Source: Naegleria gruberi
Lineage: Eukaryota
Assembly (NCBI GenBank): GCA_000004985.1
Contig: GG738905.1
DNA: 64,000 bases
Strand: one strand, 5' to 3'
Each line of letters begins with the position of its first letter. The first letter of the stretch is position 1. Under the pieces are notes generated by a model. That model was not told the origin of the DNA and searched no databases. It was given only the letters and a program-made list of their open reading frames with translations. The position numbers were made by a program, and so were the translations under genes. Shown one piece after another: positions 53,345 through 64,000 of this stretch.

Positions 53345-53947
53345 TCAATTCAAAACAACGGATGGGATTACAACGGCCATTACTACAATTAAACCTACCA
53401 ATGCTAAGAGAATCAAGAAGGGTAACCAAGTTTTCAATATGCCACTCACTCCATTAACATATTTTCCATAGAAAAACATTAAAAATCCAATTTCAACAAT
53501 GCCAATATTTCTATTCTTGAATTTCATTTGATTTAAACAATGAACCGTATAATGATGACAATTCTGACAAAAGAAATTATACATTTTCGATCTAAAACAT
53601 TTGGCTCCACTCTTAATATTCGAATCATAATTTTCCAATTGTTCTTGACTCAATTGATTCTTAATATTTAAATATCGGGTTGGTTTTCCAAATGCAAAAT
53701 CATCAACACTAATATAATAAGGTCCAGCAAAATCATGGATAATACCTTTTGAATTGGCAATACCCATATGTCCAACAAATGGTAAAAACCATGTTATCAA
53801 TGGAATTGGTGTCCAAACAATACAATAGGGATATCTATCTCTACTCGGATCAAATAATTCTTCCGATGATGATAAAATACCATCATAACTATTTGAGTGT
53901 GTTGATCCGATAATTTCCTCTGTATCTTCTGTATCTTCGTTATTCAT
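53345..53947 (-). CDS. TMEM222/DUF778-like membrane protein, 200 aa.
   Basis: ...YPYCIVWTPIPLITWFLPFVGHMGIANSKGIIHDFAGPYYISVDDFAFGKPTRY... resembles the DUF778 core. A C-terminal TM helix is present. The assignment comes from remembered family motifs. Confidence 0.5.
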   Translation of the reverse strand: MNNEDTEDTEEIIGSTHSNSYDGILSSSEELFDPSRDRYPYCIVWTPIPLITWFLPFVGHMGIANSKGIIHDFAGPYYISVDDFAFGKPTRYLNIKNQLSQEQLENYDSNIKSGAKCFRSKMYNFFCQNCHHYTVHCLNQMKFKNRNIGIVEIGFLMFFYGKYVNGVSGILKTWLPFLILLALVGLIVVMAVVIPSVVLN

Positions 53948-54271
53948 TTTTTTTAATATTTTAATTTTGAAATTTAGTTAATTTTATTAAACAAGCAAGT
54001 ACATTAGGATAGTTTCCAATACGTATGAAGTAATATTCAAAATTTGTACCTTATTGAGTTGTCATATTTGACTATTTTATCCCAAATACTATAATTGTTT
54101 CACTTTACAGGATTTTGCTGGCTTCAAATTGCTAACTAAGTAAAGTTTGGTAGATTAAAATTAACTGTTTCATTTCTGAAATACAACACTGTTAATGGAT
54201 TAATTATTTGTTTTGTTTCCAAAATGCGTTTAGCTCCTTTCTGAAATGTCTTCAACATAAATACTTAATAT

Positions 54272-55372
54272 TTACAAAAATCTAGAAACATTCTTTCCAA
54301 AATCTTCATATTCATGCCTGTCTAACCAAACTTCTCGGAAGGTGGACATGGAAGAAAATATAGATCCTCCAATCCATGAGGAGTATTTTCTGGTAGGTTT
54401 CTCACTCACTTTACATTCGACACTTGAGGGAATCAAGTTTGAAAATTCCCTGTTGAATCTTTCAATAAATCCTGGAAACATTGTATTTCCTCCACAGACA
54501 ACAATGTTCTTAAATAAATCCTTTCTCATATCAATATCAGAACTTCTAATAGAACTATTAACTAATTCGTGAACTCCAACAAAATCAAGATCCATCAATT
54601 GAGGTTGGAACATTAATTCAGTTGCCTTGATTCTAAGTGTTGATACATTCATTATTGTTCCATCAGGTAACTCATATTCTTCAGTCTTTGGTTCTGTCAA
54701 CTCCTTTTCATAATTTTGAGCAACATAGCAGACTTTTCTCTTGGCATCTCCTGCAATTTCTCTTTCTGCAGCAGTGTAGCTTTGATATCCTGACTCCAAT
54801 AAGAGTGAATACAACGATCTAGTTAAATCCCCTCCTCCGAATGGTATTGTTTGCAAAGCGTTTCTAATTGGTTTTCCTTCATAAATAGGAAGAGCATAGG
54901 TCAGCTCTTTACCTGAATCCAAAACTGTTCCACTCACAATTCCAGAACTTTGCATAGCCATCACACCTTGAACTGAAAAATATAGAGCAGGAACTCCAAA
55001 TGATTCAAACAAAATTTCCATAATTTTCTCTCTACCTTCCACAGTATTGACAGGAGAATCAGCTATTAGTAAGGGATGATCCATTGGATCTACTCTCAAT
55101 TCATTCTTAAAACAATGAGCAAATATCTTTTGCAAATGATCGAAATTCGTGATGGATCCTCTTTGGAAAGGATGGCTAATATTCAATATTCCCCTCTTAC
55201 TCAAAGCATCGGATCCAACATATTCCCCTAACTGGAGAACATTCATCTTCTTGAATTGCCCCAAACATGTTGGAAGATCAACCCTTGGAGCATCATCTCC
55301 TGAAAACCCACATTTTGTATGACCAGAACCAATATCAAAAACTAAGCCCTGAGGAAGTTCATCTTGTTCCAT
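54272..55372 (-). CDS. Divergent actin / actin-related protein, 366 aa.
   Basis: Collinear with actin at about 40% identity (...FDIGSGHTKCGFSGDDAPR...SKRGIL...HPLLIADSPVN...REKIMEILFESFGVPALYF...DSGKELTYALPIYEG...KYSSWIGGSIFSSMSTF...). Confidence 0.75.
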   Translation of the reverse strand: MEQDELPQGLVFDIGSGHTKCGFSGDDAPRVDLPTCLGQFKKMNVLQLGEYVGSDALSKRGILNISHPFQRGSITNFDHLQKIFAHCFKNELRVDPMDHPLLIADSPVNTVEGREKIMEILFESFGVPALYFSVQGVMAMQSSGIVSGTVLDSGKELTYALPIYEGKPIRNALQTIPFGGGDLTRSLYSLLLESGYQSYTAAEREIAGDAKRKVCYVAQNYEKELTEPKTEEYELPDGTIMNVSTLRIKATELMFQPQLMDLDFVGVHELVNSSIRSSDIDMRKDLFKNIVVCGGNTMFPGFIERFNREFSNLIPSSVECKVSEKPTRKYSSWIGGSIFSSMSTFREVWLDRHEYEDFGKNVSRFL

Positions 55373-55767
55373 TTTTTTTTAAATGTACCAGCACCAATGG
55401 TGCTAACAATAAACTATTTAGATTTTTTTTTAAATGTTAGATCAATACTTAATAGTTCAAAGCAGTTATTTAAGCATTAAAGTATTGAGCGTTGAGATAA
55501 AACTCAAAAAATAAACAATAGTAATAGTACAGATTCAGATATCAAAGTAAATTGTTGAATACTATTAAATTGATCACTATTGATTATTTAAATATTTTCT
55601 TCATACTAGAATTTGAATTACTAATGAATAAATCATTTACTGAATGTCCAATCCTTCCACACAAATAGAATATCTCAGATAATATTGTTTTCCTGAGTTT
55701 GATTAGAGTTAACTGCTTTTGCATTAGATTTTGCTGTCAATGACTGATGGCATCTATTTCACGAATA

Positions 55768-57097
55768 CTACACATCAATAATTATCACAAGATCCGATAA
55801 AGCCTTAGTGGACAGCAAAGAGCCAAGATTCCGTTTCATATGTAGTTCACCCTTTCTGGTTTCGTCAAATATCTCATAATAAATAACATATTGCCAACCT
55901 CCAACTGAGATAGTATTGAACTCTTCCCTATCAAATGTAGTAATATTAAACTTGAACAATGATGGATTAAGTTTGAGTTCTGATGGAGGAAAATCTGAAA
56001 CAACCTCACCAGCCATGAATACATCACCATTTGCTTTAGAAAAGTGTTAAATAAATGGAAAATTATATTAAACCTACTATTAATTACAACAGTTCCTCTG
56101 GAAGAACATGCTATCTCTTTAGGAATTCCAAAATCAAATTCAATTAATCTGAAATCTGAAAGAGAATCAATACCAGCATCAGCAATACCAAATGTAGATT
56201 GCTTCAAAGTATTGTAACCACATCCGAATATTTGATTATTCTCTAAAAGAACAATTGTATGGAAAAATCCACATTTAACATCCTTGATATTTGCAGGAAA
56301 TTCAAATGGAATCTTTTCGAAAAAACTTGATGAAAAATCATTATTAACTGAGGTGAACACATTAAAAGTGTTATCTCCTCTGGCATAGAGATGCTTATCT
56401 GAAGCCAAAACTACTCCACTTCCACAACATGCTGCAAGTTTAATAATTGTTGGGCTTTCTTTAGTATTCAATGAAAATTGCTGATTATTAACAAATACTC
56501 TTCTATCATTGGTTAATACTACATGATGTGAAGATAATGGTCCACAGAAAAACTTATTAATTCCTCCAAAACTCGAATAGTCCTCAATTTTAAATTTCGG
56601 GTCAGTTTCAATATAATCTATTATTCCAATTCTTGTCTTCTCCAATAAAAAGATGTGGCCACCACCCATTCTATATTGAATTTTCTTAGGATTTCCCATT
56701 AAATCATTAATATAATAACCAGTGACATGTTTAACTTCTTGTGGTGTAGTATCTGTTTCCATCAGAAGTGAATCAAAAACATTTGATTTCTTCTTAATTT
56801 TAATAGCCATAGAATTATCTGCAATACTACGCGGTTTACTTGTAAATTCTACCAATCTATTGGTATCACTACAAACAAAAAAGACAAATCTATCCCCCGA
56901 CAATATCTTACTAAATTTAAAGTCATCAAATTCATATTTTGTCCATCTAGTTGTACTTTCCAATCCCAAATCTATTCCATGAATAATAATTATCATCATC
57001 ACAATTTAAATCATGTAATTCTAGTCTCCGTTCCGATAAAATAATAATACTTACTTGCTGAAGCAAAATAATTGGCCAGCCAAAATGATTTAGACAT
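55768..57097 (-). CDS. RCC1-like repeat (beta-propeller) protein. Three exons: join(57055..57097, 56078..56971, 55768..56033).
   Basis: Exon 1 MSKSFWLANYFASA. Intron 1 (GTAAGT...AATAG) and intron 2 (GTAGGT...CTAAAG) join in consistent phase. RCC1-type blades are present (...VKCGFFHTIVLLENNQIFGCGYN..., ...LAACCGSGVVLASDKHLYARGDN...). Confidence 0.6.
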
Positions 57098-57465
57098 TTT
57101 TTCTTGTTGGTCAATTCTGGAATGGATTCAACACTCTTATTAAACTACTTGAGGTGTTGTGCTTATTTTCAAGCCAATAATTTTTGTTTATTATTGGATA
57201 ATGTTAGAGAATCATATTCCAAGTGAAAATTCTTTGAAGCTGTGCTCAACCAACATGTTCTTGCATTGAAACTCCTTCATTTATATGATAGAGAATATGG
57301 ATTAATCCATTGTGTTTTAACGTTTAGATATCCATTAATTCATCTCAATGAAGAAATTAATAAAGACCCTTACCAAGAAATTGGATGAACACGCAAAGAA
57401 ATCAATTACTTCCACAGTAATAAATCAATCCCGCACTTTACAGAATATTGAACTTTCTATATTGA

Positions 57466-59031
57466 TTACTCATAGCACTTATCGAAGTATTCAACAAATG
57501 ATGAATGTGAAATGGATGCCACAAATCTTCCTATGCTTAAATCATAGTACTCCTTAATGGAGTCATAATCTGCATCACCACTAACTCTAGATATATTTGC
57601 ATGCATTACAAGGTGGTGAATTAGCGATTCATTTTCAATAAAATGTTTCTTGACAAGATTGTGAACTTTTCCTTCTGACCAATTAGTAATTGGTTCGTAT
57701 TGAATGTCCATTGATTGAGGAATAATCTCTACATATGGAATCTCTCTTAATAAATCACATTCTAAAAATCTTTCCAATATTGAAAATCCTTGCAACGAGA
57801 TTCTCAATAGTTTGGGAAATCTTTTTCTTGTTAGCCCAGCAATAATATTCTTTTCAATTTTTTCATAATTCTCAATATTTTCGCAATATTCAGGGCAGTC
57901 GTATCGAATAGTCAGATCACGAACATTTGGAAATACTCCCTCTTCCTCTAGAAAATTTGAATAGAGTAATGCACCTTCATCAAAGTAGGTAATTGTACTA
58001 AAACGAAAACATAGATATTGAATATGATCTGGTATAGAAAATCCCTGATAGGTCCACTCATTTAAATTAATTGATAAAGCAATGTAATTCGAAGCCATTT
58101 GCTTAAAAATAGAAAAATCTTGTAAATTATTCAAATCAACCATTAATCCAAGGGCCTTTGTATCAGAAAAATTTTGAGTGAATAGTCCTTTAGAAATTAA
58201 GCAACAATTTTCAAAAGTATCATAACTGTTATAATATCCACTATGTTTTTCGCTATCAAAGTGTGAAATCATATCCAAAGATAACATGAGAGCCTTGTGT
58301 AAAAACAAATCATATGCTAAAATTTGATTATGCTCTTCTATCTTTTCAAATTTTTCATTTGAAAACATTAACTGTTGAATTCTTCTCTCAAATTGTTGAT
58401 TAACTTCATGAGTATCAAATTCATTCTCAATTTCTGTTATATCAACATTAGCACCGCCCCAACTATCAATACATTCTGAAGTATCAATTATATCAGCATA
58501 CTCTCTATTGCAATTCATTTCTGTGGTCTCAATTAATTTCTGCATTTTCACATAACCAATTGATTCCCCAACTGAAATATCCCCTTTTGCCAATGACAAT
58601 CCCTCCGATGATGCAAATCTCTGCCAATAAACAACCATCTCCAAAACATTTGAAACTCTCCTCCAAAATTCATTCATCTCCACAACAAATAATGCTTTAA
58701 ATTTCTTAGATACAGCACAACAAAACTTTTGTATCGTCCTCACAGTACTCAAATCCAATCGTTCAATCATCCGAGGTTGAACCACTTTTTTAAATTTCAT
58801 AATTTGATCATGATTATTTAATTCAATTTGATGAAGTGGTCCGAGCCAATACTCGAAAATACAACACTGCCAAATTTCCGTTGGAATTTCCAACAACTGA
58901 TGATCTTCTTTCATTTTTAATTTTTGTTGAAATTCGAAATTGTGGTTGATTGATGTAAAAATAGATTTGTAATTTTGAATTAAGGCTAAATTGGGAATCA
59001 ATTTTGTAAGATTGTCCAGCATTAGTGCCAA
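57466..59031 (-). CDS. Hypothetical protein (521 aa), possibly with a degenerate F-box and LRR-like C-terminus.
   Basis: Single long ATG ORF with coding composition. The N-terminal ...LEIPTEIWQCCIFEYWLGPLHQIE... segment is weakly F-box-like. Confidence 0.45.
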   Translation of the reverse strand: MALMLDNLTKLIPNLALIQNYKSIFTSINHNFEFQQKLKMKEDHQLLEIPTEIWQCCIFEYWLGPLHQIELNNHDQIMKFKKVVQPRMIERLDLSTVRTIQKFCCAVSKKFKALFVVEMNEFWRRVSNVLEMVVYWQRFASSEGLSLAKGDISVGESIGYVKMQKLIETTEMNCNREYADIIDTSECIDSWGGANVDITEIENEFDTHEVNQQFERRIQQLMFSNEKFEKIEEHNQILAYDLFLHKALMLSLDMISHFDSEKHSGYYNSYDTFENCCLISKGLFTQNFSDTKALGLMVDLNNLQDFSIFKQMASNYIALSINLNEWTYQGFSIPDHIQYLCFRFSTITYFDEGALLYSNFLEEEGVFPNVRDLTIRYDCPEYCENIENYEKIEKNIIAGLTRKRFPKLLRISLQGFSILERFLECDLLREIPYVEIIPQSMDIQYEPITNWSEGKVHNLVKKHFIENESLIHHLVMHANISRVSGDADYDSIKEYYDLSIGRFVASISHSSFVEYFDKCYE

Positions 59032-59613
59032 ATTTGTATTCTTTTAAGATGATTGAGTTAGAGGCATTATTAATTGTAGGCCAATCATCGAGGCAAGTTT
59101 CTTCAATATAGTTGTCAAATGAACACTATGAAGTATTACACTTGAGGTTAAGGCGCATTTCCTTCAACAAAAAAAACAACTCAAAATAAACACTTTAACA
59201 TGAAGTTCTCAATTTTGGCTCTTTTCCTGTACTATTTGTCTGCTCACTCTATTACATTAGAAAAAGACAGTTCTTAACTGATGCTTTGTGCCACATTACG
59301 GCAATTGCTAATACTTAGACCTACTCTGAATATATATTTATTGTGAATTGATTGCATTACAGTTCTATTGTAAAGATCAATGGCACTGTAATCAACAGTC
59401 AAATTTATCATCATTTATGGGTATGGCTGCAATGTGGATTACAATATCAACTAATAAGCAGTTTATATTCTCCATTATGGATATTATATTATATAATATT
59501 TGGATTGGATGATTGAAGGCGCAAAATAGTTTACCTTATCCGAAAAATTAAAGTAACTGGTAACTTCGTATCCCTTAGTGTCGAATTAAGGTTACATTCT
59601 AAATGAATGTGAA

Positions 59614-59684
59614 GCGTCGATGGTTTAGTGGTAGAATACGGCGTTGCCATCGCCGTGACCCGGGTTCAATTCCCGGTCGACGCA
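59614..59684 (+). tRNA. tRNA-Gly (anticodon GCC), second copy. It is in inverted orientation relative to the copy at 53140-53210.
   Basis: Identical 71-nt sequence. T5 terminator (gtcgcttctttttc) downstream. Confidence 0.9.
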
Positions 59685-59883
59685 GTCGCTTCTTTTTCTT
59701 TCATGGTCCATTCTCAATTTTTGAATATCATGTAGGAACCGTTTGAGGGTAGCTTGTGCCTTAGATGACTGATTGTATGGAGTAAAAAAATTCTTCTCAT
59801 TTTTTTTTGAAATCACAAATATTAGCATATTATGATTCCTTTTTGGACTAATAATTCCATTTACTTTTAATTAAAACCATTTA

Positions 59884-59982
59884 CTCAATAAAATGAAAAA
59901 TTCAGTAAAAAAATAGGTATCAATCTGAGGTTATTTAAAAATCAACCACACATCTTAAGTGTCTAAATTTTGAGATAATTGA
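59884..59982. repeat. Copy 2 of the roughly 100-bp dispersed repeat. It lies 200-300 bp downstream of tRNA-Gly copy 2.
   Basis: About 85% identity to 52962-53062 in direct orientation. Confidence 0.55.
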
Positions 59983-60433
59983 TCTAAATTGTTTTATCCT
60001 TCCTTTTGTTATGATAGAGAGATGGTCTTACTCGCCTCGCATATTAAGCATGGATTACGAATGTTTGATCCAAAATTCAGATAATCCAATAATTGCATTG
60101 GAATATTTGAAAAATCACGCCGACAAATAATATGACTTGGATAAGGACTTGTTTAATTTGAATTTCGTTATCAAAGCAGTGGATCTTAATTCAGAAGTTT
60201 TTGACGTAGTATAATTTCTATCAAAACGATCCTAGTGTCATGCTGAAAGCAGCTTTTGGAGGTGGTCCTAATGTAAAAGGTTTATGTAAGATTAAGGATT
60301 TCACTCTTATCAAGAAGGTAATGAAAGCGAATCCACTCGCTCTTAAAAATTGTAAAGAAATTCAGATAAATGGGCCCACTAGCTCATAAAAGGTAGAATT
60401 ATATCAACACAAGAATTTTAACATAAATGTGCT

Positions 60434-60504
60434 CGTCTCGTGGTGTAATGGTAGCATAGTGGACTTTGAATCCATTGACGGAGGTTCGATTCCTCCCGAG
60501 ACGG
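60434..60504 (+). tRNA. tRNA-Gln (anticodon UUG), 71 nt.
   Basis: CGTCTCG acceptor pairs with CGAGACG. D-arm GTGTAATGGTAGCAT. Anticodon stem GTGGA/TCCAT with loop CTTTGAA. T-arm GGAGGTTCGATTCCTCC. Discriminator G. T-run about 30 bp downstream. Confidence 0.85.
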
Positions 60505-60630
60505 TAAACGTGGCGAGCCATGAAATTTTTAACTCATTTTTTTAACATTACAATGTTAACTTGGTAAATTCTGGAAACTTGAAAAAAAAATGTATTTCAG
60601 TGTAGCTGATCCCAATAGGATCATGAGGTA

Positions 60631-61644
60631 TTATCTTGAATTAAGAGAACATGAGTAATATTTTCTGTGTGCTTTACCAACAAGCAGTGATAATAGACTT
60701 TGAATTTCATGCCAATTATCAATGATTTTAGGATTATAGGATTTAACTAAAATAATATTTAAAGCCTTAATAAAGCCTCTATGATTTAAATTGAGAATTG
60801 AATTGTGTCTATCCCAAAAAGTGTCATGGGGACGAAGCTTACAGGATGCTCCTGTAAGATTCGTGAATTTAGTTAAGAAATATCTTCTAAAACATTCGGT
60901 TTCTTCACAGTAGTATATGAAACGTTCCAAATCCACTTCACATTCACAGTTATCACAATAAACTTGACGAAATTGTCTAATATGTGAGTCGGTCATGTTT
61001 CTCCAAATTGACAATTTGGTTTCAGTGTCAAATCTTTGATCCATATATTTCAAATTGATATGAGTGAGGGACTGACTTTGGTTAAAAGGTAAGTCAGATT
61101 TATCCTCAAAAATATCTAAATATTCTTTTCTCTGGATATCTTTGATGTATTTTCTATAGTCAAAGATGATTGTTTTCTTATTAGTATTAATTAAAATCTT
61201 TTGGTTTTGGGATAATAGTTTGGTAATATCAATCATATTTTGTCCTTGTGCACCTTCTTTTGCTAATTTATCAACTATAATATTCTCTGGATCTTCATGC
61301 CCTTTCACTTTAACTAGATGGATATTTAAATGTTTATCCTTAATGGTACCAAAGAATTCTTCTTGAAATCCTTGAAAGTCTCCTCTGTAACTCTTTTTTA
61401 AAACTTCTATAGCAACTTGACTATCAGTAGGAACATTAGCATTGGAATGATTTGGCAGCATTTTGATTGCTGTCAAAAAAGCCATGATTTCAGCCACGTT
61501 ATTGGAATATTCTTCATGAATCTTGAAGGAATATTTGAAACTTCTATTTTCTGAATTAAATATATTAATTCCAAATCCCACTTGGTTTTCAATCTTTGAT
61601 CCATCTGTGTGAATATTAAATGAATGACCCCCATTTGATCCAAA
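60631..61644 (-). mobile_element. 5'-truncated retroelement fragment. It contains an RNase H domain plus a Cys-rich C-terminal region (ORF2/pol C-terminus), and its 3' end faces tRNA-Gln about 125 bp away (TRE3-like geometry).
   Basis: All five RNase H catalytic residues are present in context: ...IHTDGSK..., ...NNVAEIMAFLTAI..., ...VPTDSQVAIE..., ...VKVKGHEDPEN..., ...IVDKLAKEGAQ. This is followed by about 190 aa containing CDNCECEVD...YYCEETEC. There is no in-frame ATG, TAA/TGA stops sit directly upstream, and there is no RT domain. The sense strand points toward the 3' side of the adjacent tRNA gene. Confidence 0.55.
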
Positions 61645-61682
61645 TTAAAATCATTAAATTGTTAAAAAAAACTTGAAAAAAA

Positions 61683-63659
61683 ATGTCATCATTTGAACAA
61701 CCCACCAAAAAGATAAAACTTTCCAGTGATCATCAAGTTCTGGTTCACCTCTCAGATCGTGCCTTCTCATCGGAAGAGACAACATTCCAACATCTCAAGA
61801 AACAATTAGGAGGTGAAAAGATAGAATCCTCTCTAATTGATTTAAAGATAATTCACCAATTGGAATGTATTAGAATTGATTGTAGTAGTATCCGTGCTAC
61901 TTGTGTTGCTACATGTCAAAAGAAGAAGGAATTATTTGTTGCATGTACTGATTGTAAAATTCGAGTCTATGATGTAGAGAGTAGAGAATTGAAGAGGACG
62001 ATCTCTACATTTGATTATATTCCAACTCGAATGGTCGTAGGGGATGAAGGTGAATTTATTGTTTTTGTTACTAATAGTAGAAAACAATGGGCCATTATTA
62101 GATTGGGTTTGTTGGGTGAGGAAAAGATTGATTGGGAAGTATGTAAAGATAACTCGTCCAAGTGTGAATTGATTTATAGAAAGGCAACTAGTGAAATATT
62201 TGTTGCCAATTGGAAAGCCCATAAGATTTTGGTGTTGGATGCAATCAGTGGCTCTTTAAAGTATGAAATTGCAAATGAAAATACTAAATCAGTTCAAAGT
62301 TTATACTATGATGAAAAGACTGAAAGTCTTTACGCATTTACTTCCCTTTCTTTGTATACCTATCAAGAATATAATGGAAATTATATGGGAAAATGTCATT
62401 TATTGAGATTATATGGAGAGAATTATGTGAATTGTGAGGTTCTTATTGAATTTGATGAGGAAGAATATAAGTTGAATAATAAGGGATTTTCCGGTATTAT
62501 TATGGATCTCTCAGCTCCTTATTATTTGCTTTCACAACAATCTTTAGTTTATTTGTTTGATAGAAACTCAAAGAAGTTAGTCTCCAAGATCAACACTGTC
62601 CATGAAAACTCCCGAGATGTTCTTCGTTATTCGTACAATCCTTCGAATAATGAGCTTTACAGAATTGGAGGAGATGAATCATTGGTTGAAATTTTACAAT
62701 TATGCAAAGTTGAAACCAACCATATTGATATACCGTTGAGTAGTAATAATTGCCAATTAATTGAAAAGTTGGGTGGTGTCTTGCCGAAACAAATTGTGAA
62801 ATACAGATACAATAATGAATACATACTGTCAGATGCACTTGCATATTTCATGAACATACAATTCCCTAAAAATGTAATGTTCAGATTTAATGTTAGTACC
62901 CCAAGTGAAACAGAGAACACAGAGGGAGATGAAAACCATGAAATGGAAGATGATGAAGAGGAATCCTCAAAAAGTCAAGTAAAAGATGAGGATGATGAAG
63001 AGGAAGAAGAGGAAGATTATTTGGTACCTTTTCCATTTAAATATTCAAACACAAAAGATAGGTCAAATGAGATTCCTCCTGAGGCTAGTAATTGGTTGAA
63101 AGAAAATCCTGATGGAATAATTATTGGAGGAGACTTTAATACAGATAGATTGGGAGAGGCTATCCAATTCGCATATGCTGTAAAAATAACAGAAACTGAC
63201 AATGATGACTTTCCAATATATATTCTCTTTGAGGATGGACCAGAACGGTACAAACTCTCTAAATTTCTTTCAAATTTGAAAGCTGTTTCTTCCTTTGATT
63301 TGACATCGTATTTCCTACCAAAGAAGGCCAAATATGAAATTGATTTTTCAAAAATTTATAATGAGCTAATCAACACAAAAGTCATTAATCCAGAAACAAA
63401 ACAAATAGATCCTGTCATTCTACTTGATGCTTACAGAAACCTTACTTCTGTTAATGATGACAAACATCATCAAATTTTCACAATTTGCTCCATAATCTTC
63501 AACGACGAAACCATTACTTTTGATAATGTCAAATTTAGAAAAAATGATTTGCTTGCTTTAATGCTATTTTACGATATTGATGCTATGGAAGAAAGCGATA
63601 ATCATCAACTGCTTAGGGCTAATTTTGAAGATCAAGAGTACGAAGATGTGTTTTGCTAG
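61683..63659 (+). CDS. Hypothetical protein (658 aa) with an internal acidic (D/E-rich) tract.
   Basis: Long ATG-initiated ORF with typical composition. No recognisable motif. Confidence 0.5.
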   Translation: MSSFEQPTKKIKLSSDHQVLVHLSDRAFSSEETTFQHLKKQLGGEKIESSLIDLKIIHQLECIRIDCSSIRATCVATCQKKKELFVACTDCKIRVYDVESRELKRTISTFDYIPTRMVVGDEGEFIVFVTNSRKQWAIIRLGLLGEEKIDWEVCKDNSSKCELIYRKATSEIFVANWKAHKILVLDAISGSLKYEIANENTKSVQSLYYDEKTESLYAFTSLSLYTYQEYNGNYMGKCHLLRLYGENYVNCEVLIEFDEEEYKLNNKGFSGIIMDLSAPYYLLSQQSLVYLFDRNSKKLVSKINTVHENSRDVLRYSYNPSNNELYRIGGDESLVEILQLCKVETNHIDIPLSSNNCQLIEKLGGVLPKQIVKYRYNNEYILSDALAYFMNIQFPKNVMFRFNVSTPSETENTEGDENHEMEDDEEESSKSQVKDEDDEEEEEEDYLVPFPFKYSNTKDRSNEIPPEASNWLKENPDGIIIGGDFNTDRLGEAIQFAYAVKITETDNDDFPIYILFEDGPERYKLSKFLSNLKAVSSFDLTSYFLPKKAKYEIDFSKIYNELINTKVINPETKQIDPVILLDAYRNLTSVNDDKHHQIFTICSIIFNDETITFDNVKFRKNDLLALMLFYDIDAMEESDNHQLLRANFEDQEYEDVFC

Positions 63660-64000
63660 ATGTAAAATTCAATTCCCACGAATACAATTTTATTATTGAA
63701 ATACATCAACATTTTGTATTTGAGTTTGAAATAAAACTGCATCATCCTAGCCGTAAATTAACGAAAGTAGAAGTGCCGTTGTATGATTTTCATTTTGAAA
63801 TTAGAATATTAAATCCAAAGTCAATAAATTCAAACCCAGTTCAGAAGTTCATCCTTCTTTTTTCTAAAAGAATCTCAAAATAGCCGTCTATTCCAAACAG
63901 TTTCTGCAAATTTGGTTTTTCCTTCTGAAAAAAGATATTTGTTATCTGAAACAACATATTAAAATATTGAGCGGTCATTTTCAAAACTGATATGATAATT

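Noticed and set aside
1-64000. The possibility that the window is bacterial or phage, or uses a ciliate-type reassigned genetic code
   Set aside because: There are numerous GT-AG introns validated by protein homology and tRNAs without encoded CCA. Genes are eukaryote-specific (HDAC8, IPK1, RPS3, OS-9, actin). ORFs terminate on TAA/TAG/TGA, which the standard code explains.

Overview
This 64-kb window is eukaryotic nuclear DNA, not prokaryotic. The evidence is as follows. GC content is about 33% and intergenic regions are very AT-rich. Spliceosomal introns of 41-195 nt carry GTAAGT, GTATGT, GTAGGT or GTTAGT donors and AT-rich tracts ending in AG. tRNA genes lack an encoded CCA and are followed by T-runs. 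Coding regions contain poly-N, poly-Q, poly-S/T and acidic tracts, and all genes end on standard TAA/TGA/TAG stops. Gene content, codon bias and intron style point to a dictyostelid social amoeba with moderately AT-rich DNA. This is an inference from Polysphondylium, Heterostelium or Cavenderia-like features, not a database result. About 40 protein-coding genes are packed at roughly one per 1.5 kb. Several can be named from conserved motifs: catalase, propionyl-CoA carboxylase beta, ribosomal protein S3, HDAC8-like deacetylase, inositol-pentakisphosphate 2-kinase, GST zeta (maleylacetoacetate isomerase), GST Xi/ECM4-like, a MATE transporter, OS-9-like lectin, an NHL-repeat protein, a PHD-finger protein, an actin-like protein, an RCC1-like protein, an NmrA-like protein and a vWA protein. 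Six tRNA genes are present: Glu-UUC x2, Phe-GAA, Gly-GCC x2 in inverted orientation, and Gln-UUG. The most unusual content is the tRNA-associated repeat and mobile-element landscape at 53-61.6 kb. It comprises an inverted tRNA-Gly duplication, roughly 100-bp direct repeats, and a 5'-truncated retroelement piece whose 3' end faces tRNA-Gln in TRE3-like geometry. That piece encodes an RNase H domain with all five catalytic residues plus a Cys-rich tail. Other notable items are a 5'-truncated cellular RdRP (DLDGD) fragment, an F-box/Rab-like GTPase fusion, an extremely Lys/Cys-rich secreted repeat protein, an ER-targeted (signal peptide + KDEL) SET-domain protein and a small protein built from 33-bp tandem repeats. 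No CRISPR arrays or prokaryotic-style operons are present.
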